A stretch of 57,161 nt of DNA, counting the filler, from Sphacelaria rigidula (taxonomy: Eukaryota), in the NCBI GenBank assembly GCA_964200075.2. It is 4 parts of 4 records of this genome, joined end to end, with 100 filler letters (N's around TTAATTAATTAA, not from the genome) between each part and the next. Parts side by side here need not be neighbours in the genome. Positions count along the whole stretch, not along the records: positions 1 to 14,216 come from CAXNAA020002376.1; positions 14,317 to 28,532 come from CAXNAA020002377.1; 2 more parts are not named here. One strand, 5' to 3'. Positions 11,845 through 22,888 of the stretch are shown here, one piece after another. Numbering within the stretch: position 1 is the first letter of the stretch; each line of letters opens with the position of its first letter. A program made the position numbers and the translations under genes. The notes under the pieces are model-generated. The model saw only the letters and a program-made list of their open reading frames with translations, was not told the DNA's origin and made no database searches.

Positions 11845-13866
11845 TGTTGAATGAGCGCTTATGGCCAACAGATGTTCATGAAGAACAATGGACTGTTGGA
11901 GTCCAGTTGAGAAGTTGGAGAAGTGAAGAGAGAAAAAAAATGGGGCTCGCAATGTGCTCGTGAGTTCTCTTGTGTTCGTCTTTTCAAGACTTCGTATCCA
12001 ACTGTTGTCAAACTTCTAGATCATACTGAAGCGTTTCTCAGGTCGGTCCATACTTTTCCAAGAGAAAATTCGATTACTTGAGAATCTCAACCACCAGCGG
12101 TTACTCCGCATAAACGCCAAACGGAACGTCTTATCTGCGCTGTGCTACTGAGCATCGCCTGGATAGTCCACACCACCACCCATCCCTTACACTCTCCCTC
12201 AGTGGAAGTTGCCTGCGTAGAAATGCCGCCGTCAACATTTTACCTGGTCGTCAATAACGACCGATCAACCCTGATAACTGCCTCATTTACTCCCTCCGAG
12301 GACCAACTCTAAATGGGGCTTTTTCCAACAGAACTTGCGCCGGCGCGATACGTGATGAGCAATCAATGTTAATGTATCAGGCAAGTATTCAACTGATGTT
12401 GGAGTTTCTGAAATGCTTGTCATGGGCCAAAGTAGTTCCATTTCCATTTCTACGACAACTGTGGAGACCTCTGGTTAATAAATAATTCGCATACTTTGCA
12501 CGAGTTAAAACTGCCTCGTGAAAAATTCAAATTGCACGTGAATGTTATCGTGCCTTCAAAACGACTAGTTGTACTCTCTGTGCAATACCGCTACTGCAAG
12601 GAATGCCACTCGGGACTATCGGAAGCCAACACAAGACAGCGATCGTGCAACAGATCGGACAACCCTTGAAATCTCTTTCGAAAACAAACTCAACAACGAT
12701 TCACGAGAATAACCACTGATATATTTCAGCGCGGACCGATGCGCGCGGAGTACTTTCTGATACCGTCAACGTTGACACAGGTGCTGGCTCCCCTTATTTT
12801 CTCTTGTGATGATGTATGTGCTTGACGGCGAAGATTCTTGACCAAGCTTTTCTTCACTGTTTAGGGTCCAATGCTCTTGATTTTGTCGATGACGTATAGG
12901 TGACGCTCTTTGTTCGGGTCTTTCGCTCCGATATCAGCGAGCTGCCGCTCCGCGGATGCGTAGGGGATCGCGATCTTGTCCTCCTTCACCATTTCACGGA
13001 TGTAGAAGAAAGTTAAGGCTATGTGCTTTGTGCGAGCATTGAAAGTCCGATTGCCAATAGCGAGGACCGTAGCCGTGTCGTCGATATACAATGGCGCGCC
13101 GTCAAACTCCGCCTCGGATCCCGATTATGTCATTATATTCGAGCAGAACACCGCCTCCTTCATCGTCAGTGCCGCAGCCACCATTTCGGTTTCCACCGTG
13201 GAGATGGCCGTGAGACTCTGTAGTCCCGACATGAAGCTCACCGGGGCCTTTGCCATCATCAAAATGTACGATGAGATAAAGTTGCTGTCGTCGGGGTTGT
13301 TGCCCCAGTTGGAACTGGAAAACCCTGTGAGGGCAAGTCCTCCTTTCTAGTCGGTGATACTATGATCCGTTGTGCCGGCGAGGGAGAAAAAAGACGATGC
13401 TTTGCAGCAACCATGTGAATATTTCAAGGTTTGAACACGGGCCGAGCGAGCTAGCTGGTGGTGTACATGCAGTCGTGGCGAGTGCCCGGAGTAACGTATA
13501 TCACTGGGCCAGTAATGGCCTGGTAGCGTTTCTTGGCCACCGCGTTGAGATACTTGTCCTCCGATTGTTCGAGCGATAGCTCCGCACCGAACCCGGGTAT
13601 GCCCAGGGGATTGAGCTACCCATCCCGTAACTCTCCAGCACAGACTTGGTGTCTGCTCCCTGATGGTCAGGGTGCCGTTCACGCGATCCCGCGTGACCTG
13701 CATGCCGAGCACGAGAGGCACGCTCCCATACCAGTCATCTTGAACCGACTCATCAGCTTCCGCTTGATGTCTTCGAGCACGGGATATTCCCAGAGTAAAA
13801 GAATGTCATCAACCCAGAGCGTAAGTATGATGACCATGTCGCCGTTTTTGTACATGTAGACGTGTA
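11845..13866 (-). mobile_element. Decayed, 5'-truncated Ty1/copia LTR retrotransposon (RT end, RNase H, PPT, candidate 3' LTR)
   Basis: The minus strand gives VIILTLWVDDILLL (YVDD-type RT motif, ~13795-13840), LTGFSSSNWG..STVETEMVAA and YIDD..NARTKHIALTFFYIRE..QLADIGAK (copia RNase H, 12861-13340), with stops and frameshifts. A PPT-like gaggggagag lies directly before TG at 12191. The far LTR end (~11845) is a guess. Confidence 0.85.
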
Positions 13867-13916
13867 TTATGAGACTTGAGAGGCTCGAATCCGATATCCA
13901 CTAGATATGCCGCCGC

Positions 13917-14000
13917 GCCCCGGTGGCGAAACGGTCCGACTGTCTCCATTTGGGGTGGACAGAACAAGGGTTCGATTCCCGATGCGTTGGGTTTTTTCTT
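13917..14000 (+). mobile_element. tRNA-derived SINE-like head (Pol III A and B boxes)
   Basis: A box tggcgaaacgg (13924-13934), B box ggttcgattcc (13969-13979), then a T run. No complete cloverleaf or acceptor stem. Confidence 0.5.
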
Positions 14001-14216
14001 CGTAATATACTATTTCCACCGTGGGGAGCGTGAGAACGTGAGTAAACAAAGTAGTCGACTGAGTTTGTTTGACGTGAGTTGACGCGGTGCGGGAGTGCTG
14101 ACCCAATCCGCGAGACCAAAATGCAAGGTGTGTACGGGGGGCGTACTCATTTGTTGCTTGCCTTAGTCATTTGACCATTGACCACGCATCCCTTTCGAGA
14201 CGGAGCACCGTTCCTA

Positions 14217-14316
14217 NNNNNNNNNNNNNNNNNNNNNNNNNNNNNNNNNNNNNNNNNNNNTTAATTAATTAANNNNNNNNNNNNNNNNNNNNNNNNNNNN
14301 NNNNNNNNNNNNNNNN
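14217..14316. other. Assembly gap with artificial TTAATTAATTAA linker
   Basis: N run, then TTAATTAATTAA, then N run; 100 nt in total. Confidence 0.98.
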
Positions 14317-15010
14317 CATCAACCGCCGACAGCAAGGGTCTTGTGGCTTTCACGCGACGCTGTTGGCAGTACGGCAGACAAACCGGATCATAGCTACCTC
14401 CCTTCTGCGCAGTGGTGGTCATGCTAACAAACTGCACCGATTTCGCAAGACCTGTGAAAGCTAGAGCGTTTGATTTTTATTAGCTGCATGCACAAAATGA
14501 AAACGGTTCTCAAAACCTGAGGGAAGGTGACCGCTTCAGGTCCAGTTAAACATCCGAAGAAACTGTCGAACAGCAATACGAAACTTTTCCGGTATCGGCA
14601 TCGGACACTGCTCTAACAACGGGACAGAAATCGATGAATTACAGTTCGGATTAAAAAACAATGCGCGTGGAACACTTTGCAGCTTCGAAGACACAGATTT
14701 TGATGGAAAGAAACTTCTCCGGGGCCCCATGTGTGTTGTATCCGCCTGTTAAAGTATTTCCTTGTTCATCGATGCCTGGCTGGGAGACAGGGAAGCCATC
14801 CTTCCCTCAGGTTTTGAGAACCGTTGTCATTTTGTGCATGCAGCTAATAAAAATCAAACGCTCTAGCTTTCACAGGTCTTGCGAAATCGGTGCAGTTTGT
14901 TAGCGTGACCACCACTGCGCAGAAGGGAGGTAGCTATGATCCGGTTTGTCTGCCGTACTGCCAACAGCGTCGCGTGAAAGCCACAAGACCCTTGCTGTCG
15001 GCGGTTGATG
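14317..15010. repeat. Long near-perfect inverted repeat (211-bp arms, ~270-bp spacer), foldback or MULE-like
   Basis: 14317-14527 is the reverse complement of 14800-15010 with about 2 mismatches. The left arm is cut by the gap. Confidence 0.9.
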
Positions 15011-15817
15011 GCGTGGGTCTCGAATGCAACGACATGCGGTTGATCTAGAGCACTCTCGTCTCTCCTCCCAGCTTGTTGTAATAATAGTGCATGACCTCCC
15101 GACATCGGAATAATTATTAGATTATTATGGGAAGCTACTACTGGTACTGTTGTACCTATTACTCAGGTGCTCACGCAGCCAGCGTGCGCTGCAGATTGCG
15201 GCATGGGCGGACTCCTACGCGCCACGCTAGCAACAGTTAGGTCACCACCATAGGTATCTTTTTTCACTCCGCATGTCAAGAAGGTGTCCACAAGTGTTTG
15301 ATCTCTCACGCACACACATCCTAAATGGCCTGTGCTCGGGCACCCCGTTGGGGAGGGGGAGGTTGGGGAAAATCAACGATGAGTAACACCCCCTAAGTTC
15401 AAATTGGATGTATCTGTTGTTATTGCCGCAGCACTGTCCTTGCCGGCATGTGTGTGACAGAGAAAAATAGTAGCAGTGACGGGAACATTGCCCTGTTTTT
15501 TAACGACATGTTTTTCAGTGCACAGACGCGCGTCTTGTCCAAAAAGAGAGGCAGAGAGAAATTGATCTTCGCATCAAGAAAGCAAGAAGAGACGAGATCT
15601 CTCCGCAGCTCTGTGTCGTGGCACAACATGAGAAATTGGGTACATGCTCGTAACATCGATGATGCGAGTCTCTCGAGCGATAGTGGTAATCGCCGAGCGA
15701 GGACGCGCAAAGGACACGGGCGAGGAGCTTCCCCTCTGTCGTTGCTTCTCTCTCTGATGATATCGTCATCGACACGCGTGTATGCCGCATTTGTTGGGTA
15801 CACCTAGCCAGAGTTGC

Positions 15818-15927
15818 TTAACCCTTGGACCGTGGTGCCGGTAGTCCATCTGGACCACGTGTACTTTTTTCAAGTGAATATTGATGCCGATTCAGCAGGT
15901 GACCTACCCTCGCGGTCTAACGGTCAA
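15818..15927. mobile_element. ~110-bp piggyBac-like mini-MITE, copy 1
   Basis: TTAA-cccttggaccgtgg ... tcgcggtctaacgg-TCAA; homologous to 50732-50841. Confidence 0.65.
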
Positions 15928-16967
15928 CTTTTCCTGCGGAGTTTTGGGGAGGAAGATTTCACTCTGTGTTACTGTTTCGTATCTTCCCTGCAATAGAGGA
16001 ATGCGACTTCAACCCCATTTTGTGTTTCAACCACATTTTCTAGGATCCACTGTTAAGTACGCGTGTGGTCGTTTATTCCTGTTATAGCACAGGATTTTAC
16101 AAAATGCGGATGGAATTAGTTTGAGGATGAGCTTGGGAACGTTCGCAGGCGAGCATCGAAATACTTTCGGGGGGAAATGCAAAAACATTATCCGGCCGTT
16201 ATGTGTGGTCTCGCTCATGGACTGTTTATACCAACTAGTAAAATCCCACGTCAAGTCCGCATAATTCCAACCTCCCTTCATTCCCGTACAAAACGTCGTT
16301 CTCATTTTTCATAGTCCCCTGTTACTTAGCGCAAGGTTTTATAAATTGCGAGTGTTTTTTTGTGAGGGTAAGCGACGCCACATATCATGGCCGGAGAGTG
16401 TGTTTGCATTTTTTTTCAACTATTTTGCTTCTCATGAAGGTTCCCGACGCTCATCCTCAGGAACAAGTCCATCGACAACTTGTGAAATCCGATGTTGGAT
16501 ATTTCTGACTCTGTCACAAATGCGCTGAATAGTGCTGGTGATGCTTCTCTTTTCGGGCCTGCTTTTTCGGTGATGCTTATTTTTCTTTCATGCAAATTTA
16601 CTCTTACACTTGCGCGCAAATTGGGTCAGGCTCTACAGCGATTGTGAGTTTTGCCAAACCCGGACACTTCTATTTCTTCTCCTGGGCTAGGAGGCCTTAA
16701 ATACAGAAGGTCAATTTCAATGTAAAATGAAGCCAACTAGCCCGATTTTCTCGCCTCCGGCGGCGCTTCCCACCGCCCCCCTCGCCGCTTGGGGGGGAGG
16801 GGGGGCGCTTTTGGCTCGCACACTGAGAGGAATCGGCTGCGTTCGCCGGCTCGCTGTGCCCGCACGTTGGCTTCGCCGTCATTTATATTAATTTATCGAT
16901 ATCGAACACTGAGAAGTTCGATATCGTATCCAAGTGATGAGCGGTTTGATATCCAACACTAGTCCAT

Positions 16968-17031
16968 AAGCAGCGTGCTGATTGATCGCCGCAACCATAG
17001 ACCCGCCCCGCGATCAATCAACACGCTGCTT
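16968..17031. repeat. 22-bp stem hairpin with one mismatch
   Basis: aagcagcgtgctgattgatcgc / gcgatcaatcaacacgctgctt. Confidence 0.8.
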
Positions 17032-19154
17032 TCAGACGCCTTTTCCCTTTCCAACTTTCCTTTTTCGTTTTCGACTAGACACGGCTTGAGCCCCGCCCCC
17101 GGCTACTGGTGCCCATCTACGCTAATTACAATGGTGCTCATCCTCCAACACCCCGCGGCACTGACTGTCAAAGGCCGGTTCTCGGGACAGTCGTCCTCGG
17201 GTGCCTGCACGAAGAGCGAGGAGCTGCGGGTATGTGCGCGATGAGGGTAGCACGTGTACCGTTGGCAGACATATCTGGTGCTGGCAAATGCGTGTAGCTC
17301 GAAAACGCAGCACAGACACGAGCACGGATATGAGCAAACGCCGATTTCGATTTTCACCTTTCTTTGAACCTGACATGTCCGATAGAACTGTGTACGGACT
17401 GTTTCCCCTTCGAGCTCAGATAGAACGAACGTGCCACGACGGATTGTCTCGAACGTACACACATTTTTTGCGCATTCATCTGTCGATCGCGGACCCCCCA
17501 AAACAGGAAATTAGAGTCACTGCTAGATCATGACACTCCTTTCTGGACCATGAAGGTACCAAAATCTCGAAATATCCTTGAAACGTGACAGGAAACGGCC
17601 GCACTGCAGGTTTAACCCTGGAACATACAATTAGACCCGAATGTACCGTCTCCCAACCGGTTGGCGAGAAGTCTTCGGATTCAAATCCAATCCTACGCGA
17701 TACGTCAGAAAAAGATATTCGGAAACCCATCTCTGAACTACGGACGATTAAACCTCCAATCCTCCTATTAATGGGCATACACCAAACATCGTATAGTAGC
17801 CATCGAGCCGTGTTGGACTCCTACTAACCATGCAAGTACAAAGCTCGCCGCCTACGTTCAACCACGTATTGAGGAAGCCAATAATATAACAGCACCCCTG
17901 GACAATGCGGCAAGGGATTTCTGACGGCCGGAGGCTGAACAGCCCCGTCCAGACCGGGCGGTGACTGCGGTCCTCAGATCCCTTGCTTGGTGCATTCTGA
18001 TCAACCACTACCTTTTTTTCTTACTCCTACAACATGCCTTCACAGCTTGGACCACGAAAGGTAAAACTCGCAGTCCAGCCCCAACCCTTGACGCCGAGTA
18101 GCGCGTAGTACGCCATTCTCTTTCCCCCCCAAATTCCTATGATAAGCTTTCAACCACAAATGATAAACTCCAGCCTGGGCACAACGCTTCTACTCCCCCA
18201 ACTACCAGATAGCAACACCCGAAACGCATCAAGCCATCAATTACCAAGAGCAATCTTGCAAGTCTGACCCATCTCGTCATTTCAGCGCCAAATATCTCGT
18301 ATGATGCACTATATTATTCATGAAGCTTGTGTCAGCGGTCCCATGTGCCATACTATCGTACTCGTTCGTCACAGAAGAACATCAGATCTTTGGCCGCGAA
18401 GGTAAAACTCACAACAGATCCTACCCTGTATTACCCCATGTCAAAGGTCTCACATATCTAGTTCATATTACTATTGATATCCCTCAAAAGCACGTCGAAC
18501 TTTTGGCTGCAAAAACAAAAACAACCGTGTCTATCCAACCAACACCTGCGGTCGCAAGAGATGTCCATATCCACGTTTGCACCTGAAACAGACATACCGG
18601 GTCTTTGATCTCTGGGAGGGAACTAAAAACTAGATCCGATCCTGCGTTTGGTACCAGGAACATCTTCTCATACTCCCCAAGGACATGTAAGCAACCTGAC
18701 TGAGAAAGTCAAACTCGCAAACCAAATATAAACCTCCACTTCATCGGCCAAGCACACTTTGCGCATTTGCGAGGACGTGCATGCTCAACTACGACACAGT
18801 AGGACGCTGCAGAAACAAAATATAACGAACGCCGCCGCCCCCAATGAATCCCTCACACCGATTACGCGTAACTTATACTGGAGGAGCGTCAACTTACAGT
18901 ACCATACGTCGGGGTCATGACGACCCCGTCGCGTCATCCACGGCATGGACCTTGCTCACACAAACCAAACCTTGATTCCACGGTCAGTACACTCCTCAAA
19001 TATGTCACACGAAAACAGGCAGAGAGACACTACTGTCACGTTGTGTCGCGTACTACTACCAGTAACGCCTATACGCGACACGGCGGAGCGGGAAGCTCTC
19101 GCAACGCCAAAACAAAACACGAATATAGACAAAAACTACAAGCAACCCACACCA

Positions 19155-19295
19155 CTCCATTGCCATCCCAATCACCGTCATCGTTCTGACTATCATTACC
19201 ATTGTCATCTCCATTTCCACGACCATTGTTATTACCATTACCATTGCCGTTACTATCCCCATTTTCATCACCATTGTCATTATCATTATCATTAC
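19155..19295. repeat. Degenerate (CAT/TAT/TAC) simple repeat
   Basis: cattac/cattat/cattgt iterations. Confidence 0.85.
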
Positions 19296-20894
19296 CCACA
19301 CCAAAACGGAACAATTCGAATACCATGTACGGCGTGACGCCTGCCTGTAACACAGGCGCGCCAGCGGTGAGAGGCCTGCTTCAGTCCCACAAGATACGCC
19401 TCCAGTGCCTATCAAAGCAAACACACATCGACAGACGAGGGCGACGATCACCAAGGTTGATGGGAGCAACTTCGGTGGCAGCGGGCGATGGCGGGGGAAG
19501 AACAAAACCGCGGGAAGCAAAAGGCGCGGGGGAAAATGAACTGTTCGCGACTGGCGAGAATATGTCGCTACATCTTTGGGACAAGAAACTAGCTCGCGGG
19601 CAACCAATGGCAATGGACATCAAGTTGACATGGGCTAAACAACTCAGCTAAATGTTTAGAGAGTATCTTCTCCTCATGAATATGATGTGGAAACAAAGCA
19701 AGCCCCTACAGAATATTCTCGTCCTCAAGTCACCGTCTCATTTTGTCCGGGCATTGCCTGAAACCGTCGAAGCTCGCCCACCTCGCGTGGGCACGACGGA
19801 AAGCCTGACGATGCAGTGAAAGAGGTCTCCAGGCACTGGGTCTTCTGGCTCTGCTTCGACACTAGGTCTGCCGGGTGAGTCCTGAGTGCGCCTACAGCAG
19901 TAGGGGCGAGTCATATGCACGAGGGGAGCCAGCAACACGGATCACTTTGCCGCTTTTCATCGCGCCATAGGGCACAAAGGCAGGACGAGATCATGTGAAA
20001 GAGTCAGTCGTCGCTACTGTAGTAGCATCGACATGCCGCAGACACTCCAAAACGAACGAGTCAGCGATCTTGTGCATCAACTGGTTCACGTGTAATCATG
20101 CTCAGGTACCCTGTGGTTTCCGTTCCGAAAAACAAACGTGTGAGAACGACTCAACACAACACACACGCTGTTTCATTTCGTAACAAGCTGATGTCCTTGC
20201 TCGATAAAACAAATACTCAACAATGCAGCACAACAAAGCACAGCACAACTTGCCGACTGCATCACAATGCCTTACCGTCTTGTGCTGTCTACGCATCGCA
20301 TGAATCCGGCCGCACACGCTTGCCGAACGCCGCTCAGGCATGAATGTCGATTTGCCCGTTGCCGCTGTCGAGAAGCGGTATCAGCAGACGCTCGCAAGTG
20401 CATACGCACGCACGTAGACCACGAGACAACTCTTATGCCTGGATACCAAGACTGCCATCGTCTTTCACCGGACAGGTCAAGTCGCCCCCACCTCAGTTTG
20501 CCAAGAGAGAGACCCAAAATCGGTCTAGTTTCCTTTTGATGAAGGGGTGGTCGGGTCGGGCAGTAAACTCTCTCAACTTACGTGTTACTGTGTGTGCGTC
20601 ACTATTTTTGTTTCTAGATTCCATCGTCGCGTTCTGTGCACCGGCCATGTGACAGTTTTGCAAGCATGCGATTTCAACTTGCATAGTCCACCTGGGACAA
20701 TCAGAGCATATTCTCTGCTGATTTTCCCCTACATGCTAAATGTATGTGGCTATGGCGATTTACGGACGCCTCCCAATACCCGAGAACTCTCCGCGCCGAC
20801 CGGCTTGGGTAGGCAGCGTACCTTGATTCTCACGAGAACTCCAGTTCTCCCCCTCTCCATCGTTTCCCCTTACTTCGATTCGAACTCACCCCCT

Positions 20895-21205
20895 GAACTC
20901 CCACCCTTCTCCTCCCGTCAACACCTCCATCCTCCGTACATTCGGTCTTTCCCCCATGTCACCCTCCCTTCCCCCGCATTTCCACCCTCCTCCTCCTGTC
21001 AACACCTCCATCCTCCGTACATTCCGTCCTTTTCTCATGCCACCCTCCCTTCCCCCGCACTTCCACCCTCCTCTTCCCGTCAACACCTCCATCCTCCGTA
21101 CATTCCGTCCTTTTCTCATGCCACCCTCCCTTCCCCCGCACTTCCACCCTCCACCCCCCTCCACCACCTCTTCCCTCCCGGTCCAAACCTCCCCCCTCCG
21201 TACTT
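20895..21205. repeat. Pyrimidine-rich minisatellite, 81-bp unit, ~3.5 copies
   Basis: Units start at about 20901, 20982, 21063 and 21144 (ccaccctcctc..caacacctccatcctccgtacatt..cttcccccgca). Confidence 0.9.
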
Positions 21206-21637
21206 CCACCCCGATCCTTCCCACGCACCCGCATTCCAGTCTCCCCCTGTACTCCCATCCTCCTACCTGCGTCACCACCCTACCACCCCCCAGTGGACTG
21301 GCTCAAGCCAGCGACAATGTGTGGCCTTCTCAAGAAGAGAACATCCACGTCAAACAAGCTACGAGCCACCACTTCACGGCGAGACTGGTCCAGCCAACCA
21401 CTCTGCGTCAAAGGGCACCCCACTCCGACCCAAACCACGGTCATCAAGAACCCAGGTATCGAGAACTTACAAGGTAAACCCTGCCTCCGCTTACACATAC
21501 CACATAGAGGACACCCGATAATCAAATGCCTGAATAGGAGTGCACGAGCTGAGATTACGTCCTTCTACGGTCATCACGATGGCCCTACACACAATGCGAC
21601 GATGGATTACAGAAACGCAAGTGACGCGTACATCAAG

Positions 21638-21642
<5 letters not shown>

Positions 21643-21672
<30 letters not shown>
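21643..21672. repeat. (GA)n microsatellite
   Basis: Seen directly. Confidence 0.95.
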
Positions 21673-21674
<2 letters not shown>

Positions 21675-22888
21675 CTACTGCCCGACAAGACCACCCCTTC
21701 ATACGAGGCAAGGACGGGTGCGAACAAGACCGCATCTCTGGGGCGGCAAACTGAGGCGGAATTGACTGAACCGAGGCAGACCGGCGTGTCTGGCTTGGCC
21801 GGTAGTCGAGGAAAGCCTATCTGTGTGTGAAGCACGAAGTAGGGTCGCATGTTGCACAGCTGGCGGACATCCAGCCTGGGCTAACTGTTTGAGGAGAAAT
21901 GATCCCGGTGCAGTGTCGTCAGGTCGCTGTCCGTGCAACCCCACCGCGGGGTCATGGCCCAAGTATCGCAATCGGCGGTGTCTCTTGGGTAGCTAGGCGG
22001 TGCTTCTCCACTACAGTCGAGAACCTGTAAGTCAGGAGTTAGAGCACAGCAGGTTTATGGACCCTTGACTTTAAGAGCGCAGGACTGTAAGACATTTACT
22101 CCCGTAACATCGCTTCGGGGTCCGTACTGCTGCACCATAGCTTCATCGAACACGGGGACAATGCTGACGCACAGCAGCAGCAGAGCGAGTAAATATCCAT
22201 TTCAGAGTTGTGTAAAAAAACAAAAAAACTGCTGGTACTGAGTCGGAATCCTTGGTCGACCAAAACAGTTATTGTGCACTCGTATACCCGGATTCTCACA
22301 GGATATATTACTGACTGAAAATTCGTCATGGTCAGCTGCACCTCCTGATTGCTTTTCTTCATGAAGCTAAAAAACAGAGTTCGAGCCGAACTGGACACGG
22401 AACCTCTCCATGTCCGTACAATACCCAAACGTTTGCACGGTTCGGGTGCCCATACATGTATAGCGTAGCCCCTCCCACCCTAGCGCCTAGCCCAACCGGT
22501 AGCTCTAGTGCCAAACCGAAGTAACCATGAACAAGTGCGCAATTACTCCAGGTAAAAGCTACACCCAAGCAGGTCATTTCAATCGTATATTCCCTGTGCT
22601 CCCCTTGTTGGCTGTTCATTTGTGCTTTCCCGCCTCTTTTTTTTTTCCCCAAAGTGACCCGCTGCTCAATCACTACACCCGCCTCAAACTACTACCTCAC
22701 GTAGATGCGCAGTGTGCAGAGCTTTATGTGACCTAGTCAACCGATTCGTTGACTGACTGCATCGTCTCACCTCTACCGTGCCTAATCACTGTAACCAGAC
22801 ACGCTCGTCCCGGTGCAGACCTCTCTCGCGCTTCCTCGCCGTCAAAATACCCGAATTGTTCCGTTTTGATGTGCTCCCACCCCGTGCC

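Noticed and set aside
14261..14272. TTAATTAATTAA motif repeated three times within N runs
   Set aside because: It is a synthetic all-frame-stop linker used to join contigs, not biology.
18945..19651. His-rich, Asn/Gly-rich and Met/Val-rich overlapping ORFs
   Set aside because: By-products of a CAT-type simple repeat; no domain or splice support.
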